The notes under the pieces are model-generated. The model did not search any database. It was not told the DNA's origin and saw only the letters and a list, made by a program, of their open reading frames with translations. From contig CANSGN010000010.1 in assembly GCA_947646415.1 (NCBI GenBank), forward strand, positions 1,399 through 65,398: a stretch of 64,000 nt of DNA. The letters run 5' to 3'. The DNA is from an uncultured Clostridia bacterium. Its GTDB lineage: Bacteria > Bacillota > Clostridia > Christensenellales > UBA3700. Both the position numbers and the translations under genes were made by a program. Of this stretch, positions 34,950 to 47,121 are shown piece by piece. Position 1 is the stretch's first letter, and each line of letters opens with the position of its first letter.

Positions 34950-35030
34950 ATTATACTTTAGTACGCTAAAGTTGTAAAGTGTTTTTTAGTAATTTCTTTG
35001 ATTTTTGCAAATACTTTACCGTGCTAAAGT
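34950..35030 (-). promoter_or_regulatory. Promoter of amino-acid ABC operon 2 with two 18-bp inverted-repeat operators
   Basis: On the minus strand: TTTACA (34973-34978), a 17-nt spacer, then TATAAT (34950-34955). ACTTTAG-TACG-CTAAAGT (34955-34972) fills the spacer. A second site, ACTTTAC-CGTG-CTAAAGT, lies at 35013-35030. Confidence 0.6.
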
Positions 35031-35252
35031 ACAATTACACATACATGCTTATATTTGTTACTCATATCCAGCCATAAATATACTAAAATTAAAGTTTTAC
35101 GCATAAAAAGGAGTATTTTTTTCAAACCAATGTCAATTTTGTGCATTGTTCGATAGTAACCTTAAAAACTCGACTTTTATTTTATAAAAGCATTTACAAA
35201 AAAATTACACCGTACATAATATACAGTGTAATTAATAATTATAATATTAAAA

Positions 35253-38309
<3,057 letters not shown>

Positions 38310-38511
38310 TTATTATAAATTTATTATCTTTCACAAAATTTTTACAATTCTTTTAAATTATCAATATCTCATTATTACTTGCTATTGTTTGTATTTAACT
38401 ATCTTTAAAAATATCTAAGCAACATATTTTCAGCTATTTTAAATACGCTTTTCAAAAAATGCAATTAATACCGATTTTTGAAGATTTTTTAGGATATTAG
38501 TATTTAAAACT

Positions 38512-40095
38512 TTATTCCATATCCAAATAATCTTCGTAATTCATTTCCTTATCGAACACCTTAGTGCCGTTAATTTCGATTATCCTATTTGCAACGGTAG
38601 ACAAAATCTCTTGGTCGTGCGTTGCAAAAAGCATATTACCTTTAAAGTTTATCATTCCTTTGTTAAGTGAAGTGATTGACTCCAAATCCAAGTGGTTGGT
38701 TGGCTCGTCCATAATCAAAAAGTTACCTCCTGCAAGCATCATCCTTGCAAGCATACATCTAACCTTTTCGCCACCGCTTAGCACTTTTGCGGATTTTTTA
38801 ACTTCCTCGCCGGAGAATAACATTCTGCCAAGCCAACCGCGCAAAAACTCTTCATATTGCTCTTTTGGAGAATATTGTCCTATCCATTGTACCAAATTCA
38901 AATCACAACCGTCAAAGTACTTAGAGTTATTTTCAGGAAGATAGCTTGGAATAATGGTTTTTCCCCATTCAATAGTACCGCTGTCTGCACTTTCCTCGCC
39001 CATCAAAATGTCAAAAAGCATTGTGATAGTGGTTGATTTATCTGCCAAAAATGCAATTTTTTCATCCGCTTTTACCATAAAGCTGACATTTTCAAAATAA
39101 CCTTTTTTGGTCAAATTTTCAACCTTTAAAATCTCTCTTCCTATCTCCCTTTCATACTTAAAGTCCACAAACGGATATTTACGCATAGACGGTTTGATAT
39201 CGTTCAAGGTCAACTTTTCAAGCTCTTTTTTACGGCTTGTTGCTTGTCTTGATTTTGACGCATTTGCAGAGAATTTTGCAATAAACTCTTGCAACTCTTT
39301 TGCTCTTGCCTCAGCCTTTTTATTTTGTTCCCTTGCTTGTCTTGCAAGTAATTGCGAAGTTTCGTACCAAAAATCGTAGTTGCCGACAAATACGTTTATA
39401 TGTCCAAAGTCCACATCACAAATATGCGTACAAACTCTGTTCAAAAAGTGTCTGTTGTGGGAAACGATAATGATAGTATTTTCAAAATCCATCAAATAAT
39501 TTTCAAGCCATCTTGTGGTTTTTGCATCCAAGTTGTTGGTTGGCTCGTCCAAAATCAAAATATCCGGATTGCCAAAAAGGGCTTGAGCAAGCAACACTTT
39601 TACCTTGGTTTTTGCATCCAAATCTGCCATTAAGGTATTGTTTAAAGAGTTATCTATCTTTAATTCGTTAAGCAATGTTTCCGCTTCACTCTCTGCCTCC
39701 CAACCGCCAAGCTCTGCGAACTCTCCCTCAAGCTCGGATGCCAAAATACCGTCTTCCTCGGTAAAATCCTCTTTTGCATAAAGAGCTTCCTTTTGTATCA
39801 TAATTTCATACATTCTGCTGTGTCCTTTTAAAACAGTTTGCAAAACCGTCAAATCGTCATAAGCATTTTGGTTTTGTTGCAAAACGGACATTCTCTCTTG
39901 CTTGCCTATACTTACATTGCCGTGGGTAGGCTCAATATCTCCCGATAAGATTTTTAAAAATGTAGATTTCCCCGCACCATTCGCACCGATAACTCCATAG
40001 CAATTACCTTTGGTAAACTTTATATTAACTTCCTCAAATAATTTCCTTTGTCCAAACTGTAAACTCAAATCATTAACTTGTAACATGTATTTCAC
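38512..40095 (-). CDS. ABC-F family ATPase (YbiT/YkpA-like), no TM domains
   Basis: 527 aa with two NBDs. The linker FSANASKSRQATSRKKELEKL is typical of YbiT-like ABC-F proteins. NBD1 Walker A is GANGAGKST. The NBD2 signature is LSGGEKVR. Confidence 0.85.
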   Translation of the reverse strand: MKYMLQVNDLSLQFGQRKLFEEVNIKFTKGNCYGVIGANGAGKSTFLKILSGDIEPTHGNVSIGKQERMSVLQQNQNAYDDLTVLQTVLKGHSRMYEIMIQKEALYAKEDFTEEDGILASELEGEFAELGGWEAESEAETLLNELKIDNSLNNTLMADLDAKTKVKVLLAQALFGNPDILILDEPTNNLDAKTTRWLENYLMDFENTIIIVSHNRHFLNRVCTHICDVDFGHINVFVGNYDFWYETSQLLARQAREQNKKAEARAKELQEFIAKFSANASKSRQATSRKKELEKLTLNDIKPSMRKYPFVDFKYEREIGREILKVENLTKKGYFENVSFMVKADEKIAFLADKSTTITMLFDILMGEESADSGTIEWGKTIIPSYLPENNSKYFDGCDLNLVQWIGQYSPKEQYEEFLRGWLGRMLFSGEEVKKSAKVLSGGEKVRCMLARMMLAGGNFLIMDEPTNHLDLESITSLNKGMINFKGNMLFATHDQEILSTVANRIIEINGTKVFDKEMNYEDYLDME

Positions 40096-40404
40096 CTTTT
40101 ATAAATATAATATTGTAATTATATCATATTAATACCCTAATTGCAAGAGAATTACCGTTAAACCCTTTATTTATATATATTATATATATGAGTTATTATA
40201 TCATTACATATTTTTCAAAGTCAATTTAACAAACTTTATGATATACTGTTTAACTACTTGTTACAAAACAATGCCTTTTACACAATCAATGCTTTACTAT
40301 CAATAACAAATCAATACTAAACGATAATTTTTTTTCATATTACCATTTACACCTATTTATAAAATTACTTTAAAAATCTTACTCGTCCATTCTGTTATTA
40401 TTTA

Positions 40405-40458
40405 TAAAAATACTTCCGATTTTCAATCGAAAATCGGAAGTATTTTAATTTTTTTATT
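40405..40458. terminator. Long bidirectional terminator hairpin
   Basis: An ~18-bp stem, AAAATACTTCCGATTTTC / GAAAATCGGAAGTATTTT, is followed by TTTTTTTATT. Confidence 0.75.
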
Positions 40459-40517
40459 GTAATTTATATTTTTATCACTTATAGATTTATTGATAATTTT
40501 AGTACATATAAATTCAA

Positions 40518-41807
40518 TTATTCGTTATGTTCACTGTATTCCTCACGAGAGAATTTATCTACAAAATTGTTTTCCGCCTTTTTGGCAACCAAGTGTAAAA
40601 ACAATGCCAAATAGCAATCCGTAAGCTCGGAACAAACTGCTTCGCCATGAACGTTGCGGTATTGATTGCAACCTTGGAAAGTAAATTTTTCGTTATGCTT
40701 AAAGGTTTTTTCAATAAGTTTCATTCTTGCTTTTGCCCATTCACGGGAGCTAATGTCTATTGTTTGTTCCGCACCTAAAATATACGCAAAAATATCCATA
40801 ACATACAGCGCAGATTCATTGACTCTGCCACCTCTTATCCCGTCGGGATAAAGTATGCCGCCACAAGGTCTGTTCTTTTTATCATAAACAGTAAATAGCC
40901 CTTTTCGCTTTCCGTCACTTTGAATTTCGTAGCCATAAAAAGCTTTGTAAATATCTTCAAAATTTCTGCAAGCACCGCTTGGCAAATCTTGCTCCGCAAT
41001 TTTGGAAAAAATAAATGCTTTTATCCCCACGCCTATATAGCTTGTTGCAAAAGGACTTCTTGTATCAAACCTATGGATAAGCATATCTTCGCCCACATTA
41101 TAGCCAGCCATATCTCCGTGATTTTTAGATGCAAAACATGCCCTGTATGTCAAAATCGCCTTTTCGCGAAAGTCTTGTGCCGTTGTGTCAGATTCAGTCA
41201 TAACGCTGATTAGATACAACAAGTTTGCATTTTCCATATTGACAATCGTTTTGCACTCCCCGTCGTTTTGGGAGTCATCCGAATTGTAGTTATATTCGAT
41301 AGCTTGATTGATTACTCTTTCGCTTTCCAAATTCAAAAGATTTACAGCGTATTCCTTATCACGGATATTTAATTTATCCCAAACAAGCCAACAAACAAAA
41401 AGCAACTCGGTAACGGCAGACAAATGCTCGCTACAACCGCCCCAGCCGTCCGTGCTGTTTGCTATGTGGTGGTAAAGGCAGGAGCGTATAAGCTTCATAT
41501 ATCTATCACGTGCGACATAAAGTTTGTGTCCGACTTCATTTTCGTCATAAAACTTAAACTTTACCGCTGCGGCAATAGTTTTTGCCATATAAACACATTG
41601 TCTTACAATCCTGTCAAAAGGTCCTTTTAAGCTTAGATATTCACTTTTACTTTCCTTGTTAAACCCTTTATATTTCCACCAATCATTCAAGCCGAATTTG
41701 ACAAATTTATTGATAATTTTACCCAAATCTTCTGCCAAATCTCCGCCCAAAGGCTCGGGCTCTACTTGAATCCACTCTATTTTTTTTATATCATCCAAAA
41801 CAAACAT
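40518..41807 (-). CDS. Hypothetical protein (429 aa), translationally coupled to adenine deaminase
   Basis: Long ORF with a TAATG stop/start overlap with the upstream ade gene. I recognise no motif. It appears helix-rich and Trp/His-rich. Confidence 0.6.
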   Translation of the reverse strand: MFVLDDIKKIEWIQVEPEPLGGDLAEDLGKIINKFVKFGLNDWWKYKGFNKESKSEYLSLKGPFDRIVRQCVYMAKTIAAAVKFKFYDENEVGHKLYVARDRYMKLIRSCLYHHIANSTDGWGGCSEHLSAVTELLFVCWLVWDKLNIRDKEYAVNLLNLESERVINQAIEYNYNSDDSQNDGECKTIVNMENANLLYLISVMTESDTTAQDFREKAILTYRACFASKNHGDMAGYNVGEDMLIHRFDTRSPFATSYIGVGIKAFIFSKIAEQDLPSGACRNFEDIYKAFYGYEIQSDGKRKGLFTVYDKKNRPCGGILYPDGIRGGRVNESALYVMDIFAYILGAEQTIDISSREWAKARMKLIEKTFKHNEKFTFQGCNQYRNVHGEAVCSELTDCYLALFLHLVAKKAENNFVDKFSREEYSEHNE

Positions 41808-43564
41808 TACTTTTCCACCTCAATTTTTACAAAATTAAAAGATGAATAGTCAAACAGTCCCCTATCGCTTATTTTAAGTTCGGGTATTACCACCAATGAC
41901 ATAAATGATAATGTCATAAACGGCTCAACTTGCTTATTCACGCTCAAAACTTTGTAAGCGTACTCATTTAATTTTGCCGTCATTGTCGCAATATAGTCTA
42001 TGTCTTTATCGCACATTAAACCTGCAATAGGTAGCTCCAAAGTATCAAAAATATTACCATTATGAACGGCAGTCATTCCTCCGCCTACACGTTTAATTTC
42101 GTTAACGGCAATCGCCATATCTCGGTCGTTATCTCCGCAAACAATGATATTATGGCTGTCATGTGCTACACTGACCGCAATAGCACCGTTTTTTATATCG
42201 TAGCCGTCAAGCAAACCAATACCTATATTACCCGTATTTTTGTGTCTTTCTACCACACAAATTTTGCTTAAACCGTCCTTAAAGTCATATTCTCCGTTTG
42301 TCACGCTAACTTTTTTTACAAGGCTTTTGGTAGTAACGTTATGAGGCTCTATCCCCATAATTCTTACTGTGTCGGAGTTTAATTTTAAAGCCAAATCCTC
42401 AGCTTTAATATGTGCACAATTAACGGTATTTCTTACTTCGCTGCAATTTAGTACTTTGGCATCAAACAAAGCCTTGCCATTTTCCGCAACAAGCTTGCCA
42501 TTTTTATAAACTTGCAAAACATTGAACTTAAATAAATCGTCAAGCACAACTATATCCGCAATTTTACCCGGAGCCAAAGCTCCCCTGTCATTCAACTTGT
42601 AGCACTCGGCAGCATTCAATGTTGCCATAGTAACCGCATCCACAGGCGACAAGCCCATTTCTATAGCTATTTTTATATTGTTATTGATATGTCCGATTGT
42701 AAGCAAATCATGCACCTGTCTATCATCGGTACAAAACACAAGTCTTCTTAAAGTTTTGCTGTTAATAATAGGGAACAAGTCACGCAAATTCCTTGTCGCA
42801 CTTCCCTCCCTGACAAGAACATACATACCGCGTCTTAATTTATCGCAAGCGTCTTTGACATCCACACACTCATGGTCGGTTGTAATACCCGCGCCGATAT
42901 AAGCATTCAATTCCTTTTCCCCTGCAAGAGGGTAATGCCCGTCTACCACAACTCCGCGTTTTCTAGCATACTTAAGCTTGTTCATAACATCGCTGTCACG
43001 ATAGATAACGCCAGGGGCATTCATAAATTCGCCAACCCCATGGCATTTTTCAAGCAACTTGTCAAGTCCATCAGCATCTATAGTTGCACCATTATTTTCA
43101 TAAGGAGTAGCAGGAACACAGCTAGGAGCCATAAACATTGCATCAAAAGGCACGGTTTTACTTTCTTTAATCATATAACCTACGCCTGCCTCGCCGCATA
43201 CATTGGCAATTTCATGCGGGTCGCAAATGCCTGTCGTAGTACCCCATGGCAAAACCGCTTTAGCAAAGTTAGACGGAGATAGCATTGTGCTTTCTATATG
43301 CAAATGTCCGTCGATAAAACCCGGTGACAAATACTTGCCTTGCACATTAACTTCCGTTTTACCGCAATAGTTACCTATACCGGCAATTATTCCATCCGAA
43401 ATGGCAATATCCGCAACTTCCACCTCGCCTGTATAAACATTGATAACATTACCGCCTTTAAGCACCAAATCAGCTTTTTCAAGTCCCATAGCAACAGCAA
43501 TTTGTTTTTCCATAAATACTCCAAAACTTTTATGCAAAATGTTTTGCACATAATTTTTAATCAT
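41807..43564 (-). CDS. ade: Adenine deaminase
   Basis: 585 aa. The amidohydrolase motif GFIDGHLHIESTM is present and the length is typical for Ade. An alternative start at MEKQIAVAMG (43513) is possible. Confidence 0.9.
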   Translation of the reverse strand: MIKNYVQNILHKSFGVFMEKQIAVAMGLEKADLVLKGGNVINVYTGEVEVADIAISDGIIAGIGNYCGKTEVNVQGKYLSPGFIDGHLHIESTMLSPSNFAKAVLPWGTTTGICDPHEIANVCGEAGVGYMIKESKTVPFDAMFMAPSCVPATPYENNGATIDADGLDKLLEKCHGVGEFMNAPGVIYRDSDVMNKLKYARKRGVVVDGHYPLAGEKELNAYIGAGITTDHECVDVKDACDKLRRGMYVLVREGSATRNLRDLFPIINSKTLRRLVFCTDDRQVHDLLTIGHINNNIKIAIEMGLSPVDAVTMATLNAAECYKLNDRGALAPGKIADIVVLDDLFKFNVLQVYKNGKLVAENGKALFDAKVLNCSEVRNTVNCAHIKAEDLALKLNSDTVRIMGIEPHNVTTKSLVKKVSVTNGEYDFKDGLSKICVVERHKNTGNIGIGLLDGYDIKNGAIAVSVAHDSHNIIVCGDNDRDMAIAVNEIKRVGGGMTAVHNGNIFDTLELPIAGLMCDKDIDYIATMTAKLNEYAYKVLSVNKQVEPFMTLSFMSLVVIPELKISDRGLFDYSSFNFVKIEVEK

Positions 43565-43728
43565 AAAAGAGCTACAAGTAAAAATACCTTTTACTTTGCT
43601 CTCTTTTTATATTTTAACATTAATATAATATAAAGTCAAGATAAAAAATAAGCTCACACCTTACAAAAAAGCAGTTTTAAGCATAATATATAAAAGCAGA
43701 CGCATACATTATATCCAAGGGGGATATT

Positions 43729-44280
43729 ATGTGCGAAAATGAATTATTGCCATCCGAAGACCAAATAAATATGATGAATAAGGAATATAACGAAATTACA
43801 AGAAGACGCGAACTTTTGTGCGAAAATTGCGAAAAATATAAAAGCAATATAAACGGTTACCGACCTGTGCCTCTTTGCAAAAGTGCCAAATGCGGTACTG
43901 ACCCAAAACAAAAAAAATTGTTTGAGCGTATATACTTTGCCGAACAAGATTTGATAATGGCATTAAGACAGTTGTTCACAATAGCTCCGCTTGCCGTAAA
44001 AGACGATATCGCCGATGTAATAAAGCTAAAAAAAGCGACGTCGACATTATCGCTAAAATGTTACTATACGGTTTCCGACAAACAAATCAACTATGCACCT
44101 ATACTAAGCCACGAAGAAGACTATTGCAAACTTTTAAGACATATAGTCACAATGCAAAAGCAGTTGCTATTGATGCTTAATAAAGCAAAATATATGTGTG
44201 CCCACAGCAAAAAAATGATTAAAAACGAATGGACAGCAAGCTATATTTTAACAACAATCAGCATATATTGCAGATACTAA
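43729..44280 (+). CDS. Hypothetical Cys-containing protein (183 aa)
   Basis: The ORF has RBS GGGGGA. No family was recognised. Confidence 0.5.
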   Translation: MCENELLPSEDQINMMNKEYNEITRRRELLCENCEKYKSNINGYRPVPLCKSAKCGTDPKQKKLFERIYFAEQDLIMALRQLFTIAPLAVKDDIADVIKLKKATSTLSLKCYYTVSDKQINYAPILSHEEDYCKLLRHIVTMQKQLLLMLNKAKYMCAHSKKMIKNEWTASYILTTISIYCRY

Positions 44281-44296
44281 TTAATAAAAAACACAT

Positions 44297-44327
44297 CAAA
44301 AATCGGCACTAATGTGCCGATTTTTTT
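44297..44327. terminator. Bidirectional terminator
   Basis: AAAAATCGGCAC-taat-GTGCCGATTTTT. Confidence 0.75.
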
Positions 44328-44415
44328 ATTTCCAACTCAAATTATTTAAATATATTACTTTATCTTAGGCAAGTATTTTAAACTATAATTTTTAAAAAGC
44401 AATAAAATAATTATT

Positions 44416-45807
44416 TTAAAGCTTTTTAAGCTCGTAACCTTCTTTGCTGTCAAGCACACTATAACCCATTTCCTTGATCTTACCCCTCAATTCGTCAGCT
44501 TTTGTCCAATCTTTTTGTTGTTTTGCAAGTAATCTTTCCTCTGCCAAAGCAACTACCTCGTCAGGAACGTCAGTGCCATTTTTCTTTATATATTCTTCCG
44601 CTTTATCAAGTGACAAACCTAAAACTTTATCCATTTGCAAAGCCAATTTATAAACATCCGAACACAATGGTAATTTTGTCATTTTCCAAAGCACGCCAAG
44701 TGCCATAGGAATGTTTATATCGTCATTTATGGCATTGTCGAATTCTTGTTTAAACTCGTTCAAAGTATCTTGGTCAACCAAAGCCAAACCATAACTGTGA
44801 CTCCTTAAAATACCGCACAACCTTTCGTAAGAAACTTTTGCAGCATCCATACCTTCAAAAGTAAAGTTCAACTTTTTCCTGTAGTGCGCATTTAAGCAGA
44901 AATAACGGAAAACCATAGGACTGTAACCCATTTGCTCAAGCTGTGCGATAGTATAGGTATTGCCCAAACTTTTGCTCATTTTACCATTATCCACAAGCAT
45001 AAATTCGCCGTGCATCCAATAGTCAACTGATTTTTTGCCTGTCAAAGCCTCATTTTGAGCAATCTCGTTTTCGTGATGTACAGGGATATGGTCTACACCT
45101 CCCGTATGAATATCAAAAACCTCGCCCAAATACTTTTGGCTCATTGCCGAACATTCAATATGCCAGCCGGGGTATCCCATTCCCCAAGGACTTGGCCATT
45201 GTTGAATATGATTAGGGTCAGCTTTTTTCCAAACGGCAAAATCTTGTGGATTGCGTTTTTCCGAGTTTACCTCTACCCTTGCACCTGCAATTTGCTCATC
45301 TAAATTTAACCTAGATAACTCCCCGTATTTAGGAAATTTACTAATGTCAAAATACACGCCGTCACTTGTTTCGTAAGCAAAGCCCGCCTCCACAAGTCTT
45401 TGCACATACTGAATCATATCATCGATATGCTCGGTTGCTTTTGCAATAGTTTCGGGCAAACCGATATTAAGCTTTGCAAGGTCAGTCATAAAAATATTAG
45501 TATAGAAGTCGGCAATCTCCTTAGGCGTTTTGCCTGTTTCCTTTGCCCTTTTATCCATTTTGTCTTCGCCCTCATCTCCGTCGCTTGTCAAATGTCCGAC
45601 GTCGGTTATATTCATAACGCCTTTAAGTTTGTAACCATCATACTGCAAAACACGCCTTAACAAATCCATAAAAACATACGTTCTCAAATTCCCGATATGA
45701 GCGTAGTTATACACTGTCGGGCCGCAAGAATACATTGTGATTTCCCCTTTGTTAAGCTCTTTAAAATCTTCCTTTTTTCTACTTAAAGTGTTGTATACTT
45801 TTAACAT
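44416..45807 (-). CDS. cysS: Cysteine-tRNA ligase
   Basis: 463 aa. Motifs HIGH (AHIGNLRT) and KMSKS (GKMSKSLGN) are present. Confidence 0.95.
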   Translation of the reverse strand: MLKVYNTLSRKKEDFKELNKGEITMYSCGPTVYNYAHIGNLRTYVFMDLLRRVLQYDGYKLKGVMNITDVGHLTSDGDEGEDKMDKRAKETGKTPKEIADFYTNIFMTDLAKLNIGLPETIAKATEHIDDMIQYVQRLVEAGFAYETSDGVYFDISKFPKYGELSRLNLDEQIAGARVEVNSEKRNPQDFAVWKKADPNHIQQWPSPWGMGYPGWHIECSAMSQKYLGEVFDIHTGGVDHIPVHHENEIAQNEALTGKKSVDYWMHGEFMLVDNGKMSKSLGNTYTIAQLEQMGYSPMVFRYFCLNAHYRKKLNFTFEGMDAAKVSYERLCGILRSHSYGLALVDQDTLNEFKQEFDNAINDDINIPMALGVLWKMTKLPLCSDVYKLALQMDKVLGLSLDKAEEYIKKNGTDVPDEVVALAEERLLAKQQKDWTKADELRGKIKEMGYSVLDSKEGYELKKL

Positions 45808-45849
45808 TTCGATATCTCCTAAACTAAAATATATTTATTACTAATGTTA

Positions 45850-46569
45850 TCAATTTTCTTGTTTTTCTTTGTTTTTTTCTCTTTTTTCCACAAGCATTTG
45901 CAAATAAGCCTCATCCTCTATAACCTCGGTGTTGCAAATGGAATACTTGCAAGACTCAATACCCAATTTTTCTTCCAACACGGCAAGCCTTTTGCAAACT
46001 CTTTGAAACTCTTGCAAAATAGGGTCAGGCACATTTTGATTAAGGTCAATTTTAGTCTCATGCCTTTTTACTATTCTGCCGGGAACACCCACAACAGTAC
46101 TGTGTGACGGAACGTCTTTTAAAACAACCGAGCCCGCACCGATTTTGCTGTACTCCCCAATGTTAATTGGACCAAGCACCTTTGCACCGCTGCTTATCAT
46201 ACAATTATTGCCTATAGTAGGGTGTCTTTTACCTATATCTTTACCTGTACCGCCAAGTGTTACACCTTGATAAATGGTAACATTGTCGCCTATTTCACAA
46301 GTCTCGCCTATAACTACACCAACGCCGTGGTCAATAAAAACACCTTGACCGATTTTTGCGGCAGGATGAATATCTACGCCTGTTTTTCTCCTTGTTTTTG
46401 CAGAAATTAGCTCTGCAATGCCAACCATTTTATGCCTGTAAAACCAATTTGCACGCCTATGCCTACGGATAGCCCTAAAGCCGCCGTAAGTTAAAAAAAC
46501 TATTAACTTGCTTGTTGCAGCGGGGTCTCTATCCATAACCGCTTGCAAATCATTTTTAAATTGTTTCAT
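45850..46569 (-). CDS. cysE: Serine O-acetyltransferase
   Basis: The ORF track starts at 46581. ATG 46569 follows GAGGTG. A SATase N-domain and left-handed beta-helix hexapeptide repeats (GVVIGETCEIGDNVTIYQGVTLGG) are present. Confidence 0.9.
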   Translation of the reverse strand: MKQFKNDLQAVMDRDPAATSKLIVFLTYGGFRAIRRHRRANWFYRHKMVGIAELISAKTRRKTGVDIHPAAKIGQGVFIDHGVGVVIGETCEIGDNVTIYQGVTLGGTGKDIGKRHPTIGNNCMISSGAKVLGPINIGEYSKIGAGSVVLKDVPSHSTVVGVPGRIVKRHETKIDLNQNVPDPILQEFQRVCKRLAVLEEKLGIESCKYSICNTEVIEDEAYLQMLVEKREKNKEKQEN

Positions 46570-46782
46570 AATACACCTCAAATACAGTATTAGACTAACT
46601 CAATCAAATTTATTATAATGCAACTGACGTAAAAACAACTTTTTAAATATCTTTTATTACTACATACTTCAAAATAGTAGCAACAACTTTTTAATAGTAA
46701 TTTTTTATAACATTTACCAAAAAAGCCTGTAAAATAACCATATATTTTTACTAATTTATTGTTGTCACTTAAAATACAAAAA

Positions 46783-47020
46783 CACGGCATAACATAAAGA
46801 CGCTATACCGTGATTCCACTTTAATTCAACAACAAAAAAGTTGCTCTTGTATGCAGATAACGATGCCCCGAGCGACATTTCCTTCGCCTGACTATGTCAA
46901 TGCACTTCACAAAAGCATTTGCAAATAGGCTTCCACCCGATGGCCTATACTCTCTGTTACATTAGCTTTAGCTACTCTTTTGACAATTTTGTGACTAACC
47001 ACAACCGCCTTATCAAATTG
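46783..47020 (-). promoter_or_regulatory. T-box riboswitch leader (specifier UGC = Cys) with intrinsic terminator
   Basis: Elements on the minus strand, in order:
- Stem I base TGTCAA/TTGACA with a GA-type internal loop (AGAGTAG // GAAG-UGC-A)
- An AGAGAG bulge and a distal GGGUGGAAGCC
- T-box sequence AATTAAAGTGGAATCACGG (plus 46808-46826), overlapping the 5' arm of the terminator
- Terminator CACGGTAT...ATGCCGTG followed by TTTTTG (plus 46783-46812). Confidence 0.75.
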
Positions 47021-47027
47021 TAATTGA

Positions 47028-47057
47028 ATTATATCATAATATAAATATGTTTGTCAA
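47028..47057 (-). promoter_or_regulatory. Promoter of the T-box-cysE-cysS transcript
   Basis: On the minus strand: TTGACA (47052-47057), an 18-nt spacer, then TATAAT (47028-47033). Confidence 0.6.
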
Positions 47058-47121
47058 TACTTTTTGGTTACTTGTACTTTGTACTACTATATACACATAT
47101 TGTTTTAGCGTTGCAGACACT

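Noticed and set aside
40300-40338. A 12-codon minus-strand mini-ORF (MKKNYRLVLICY) with AGGTG upstream, in the 320-nt leader of the ABC-F gene. This is reminiscent of the leader peptides of antibiotic-resistance ABC-F genes.
   Set aside because: The ABC-F looks like a housekeeping YbiT-type protein, not an ARE type. I could not find convincing alternative terminator and antiterminator pairings, so this may be coincidence.
46590-46790. A 66-aa minus-strand ORF between the T-box terminator and cysE.
   Set aside because: It begins inside the terminator hairpin, is Cys/Phe/Tyr-rich and implausible, and has no RBS. The region is better explained as a 5' UTR.
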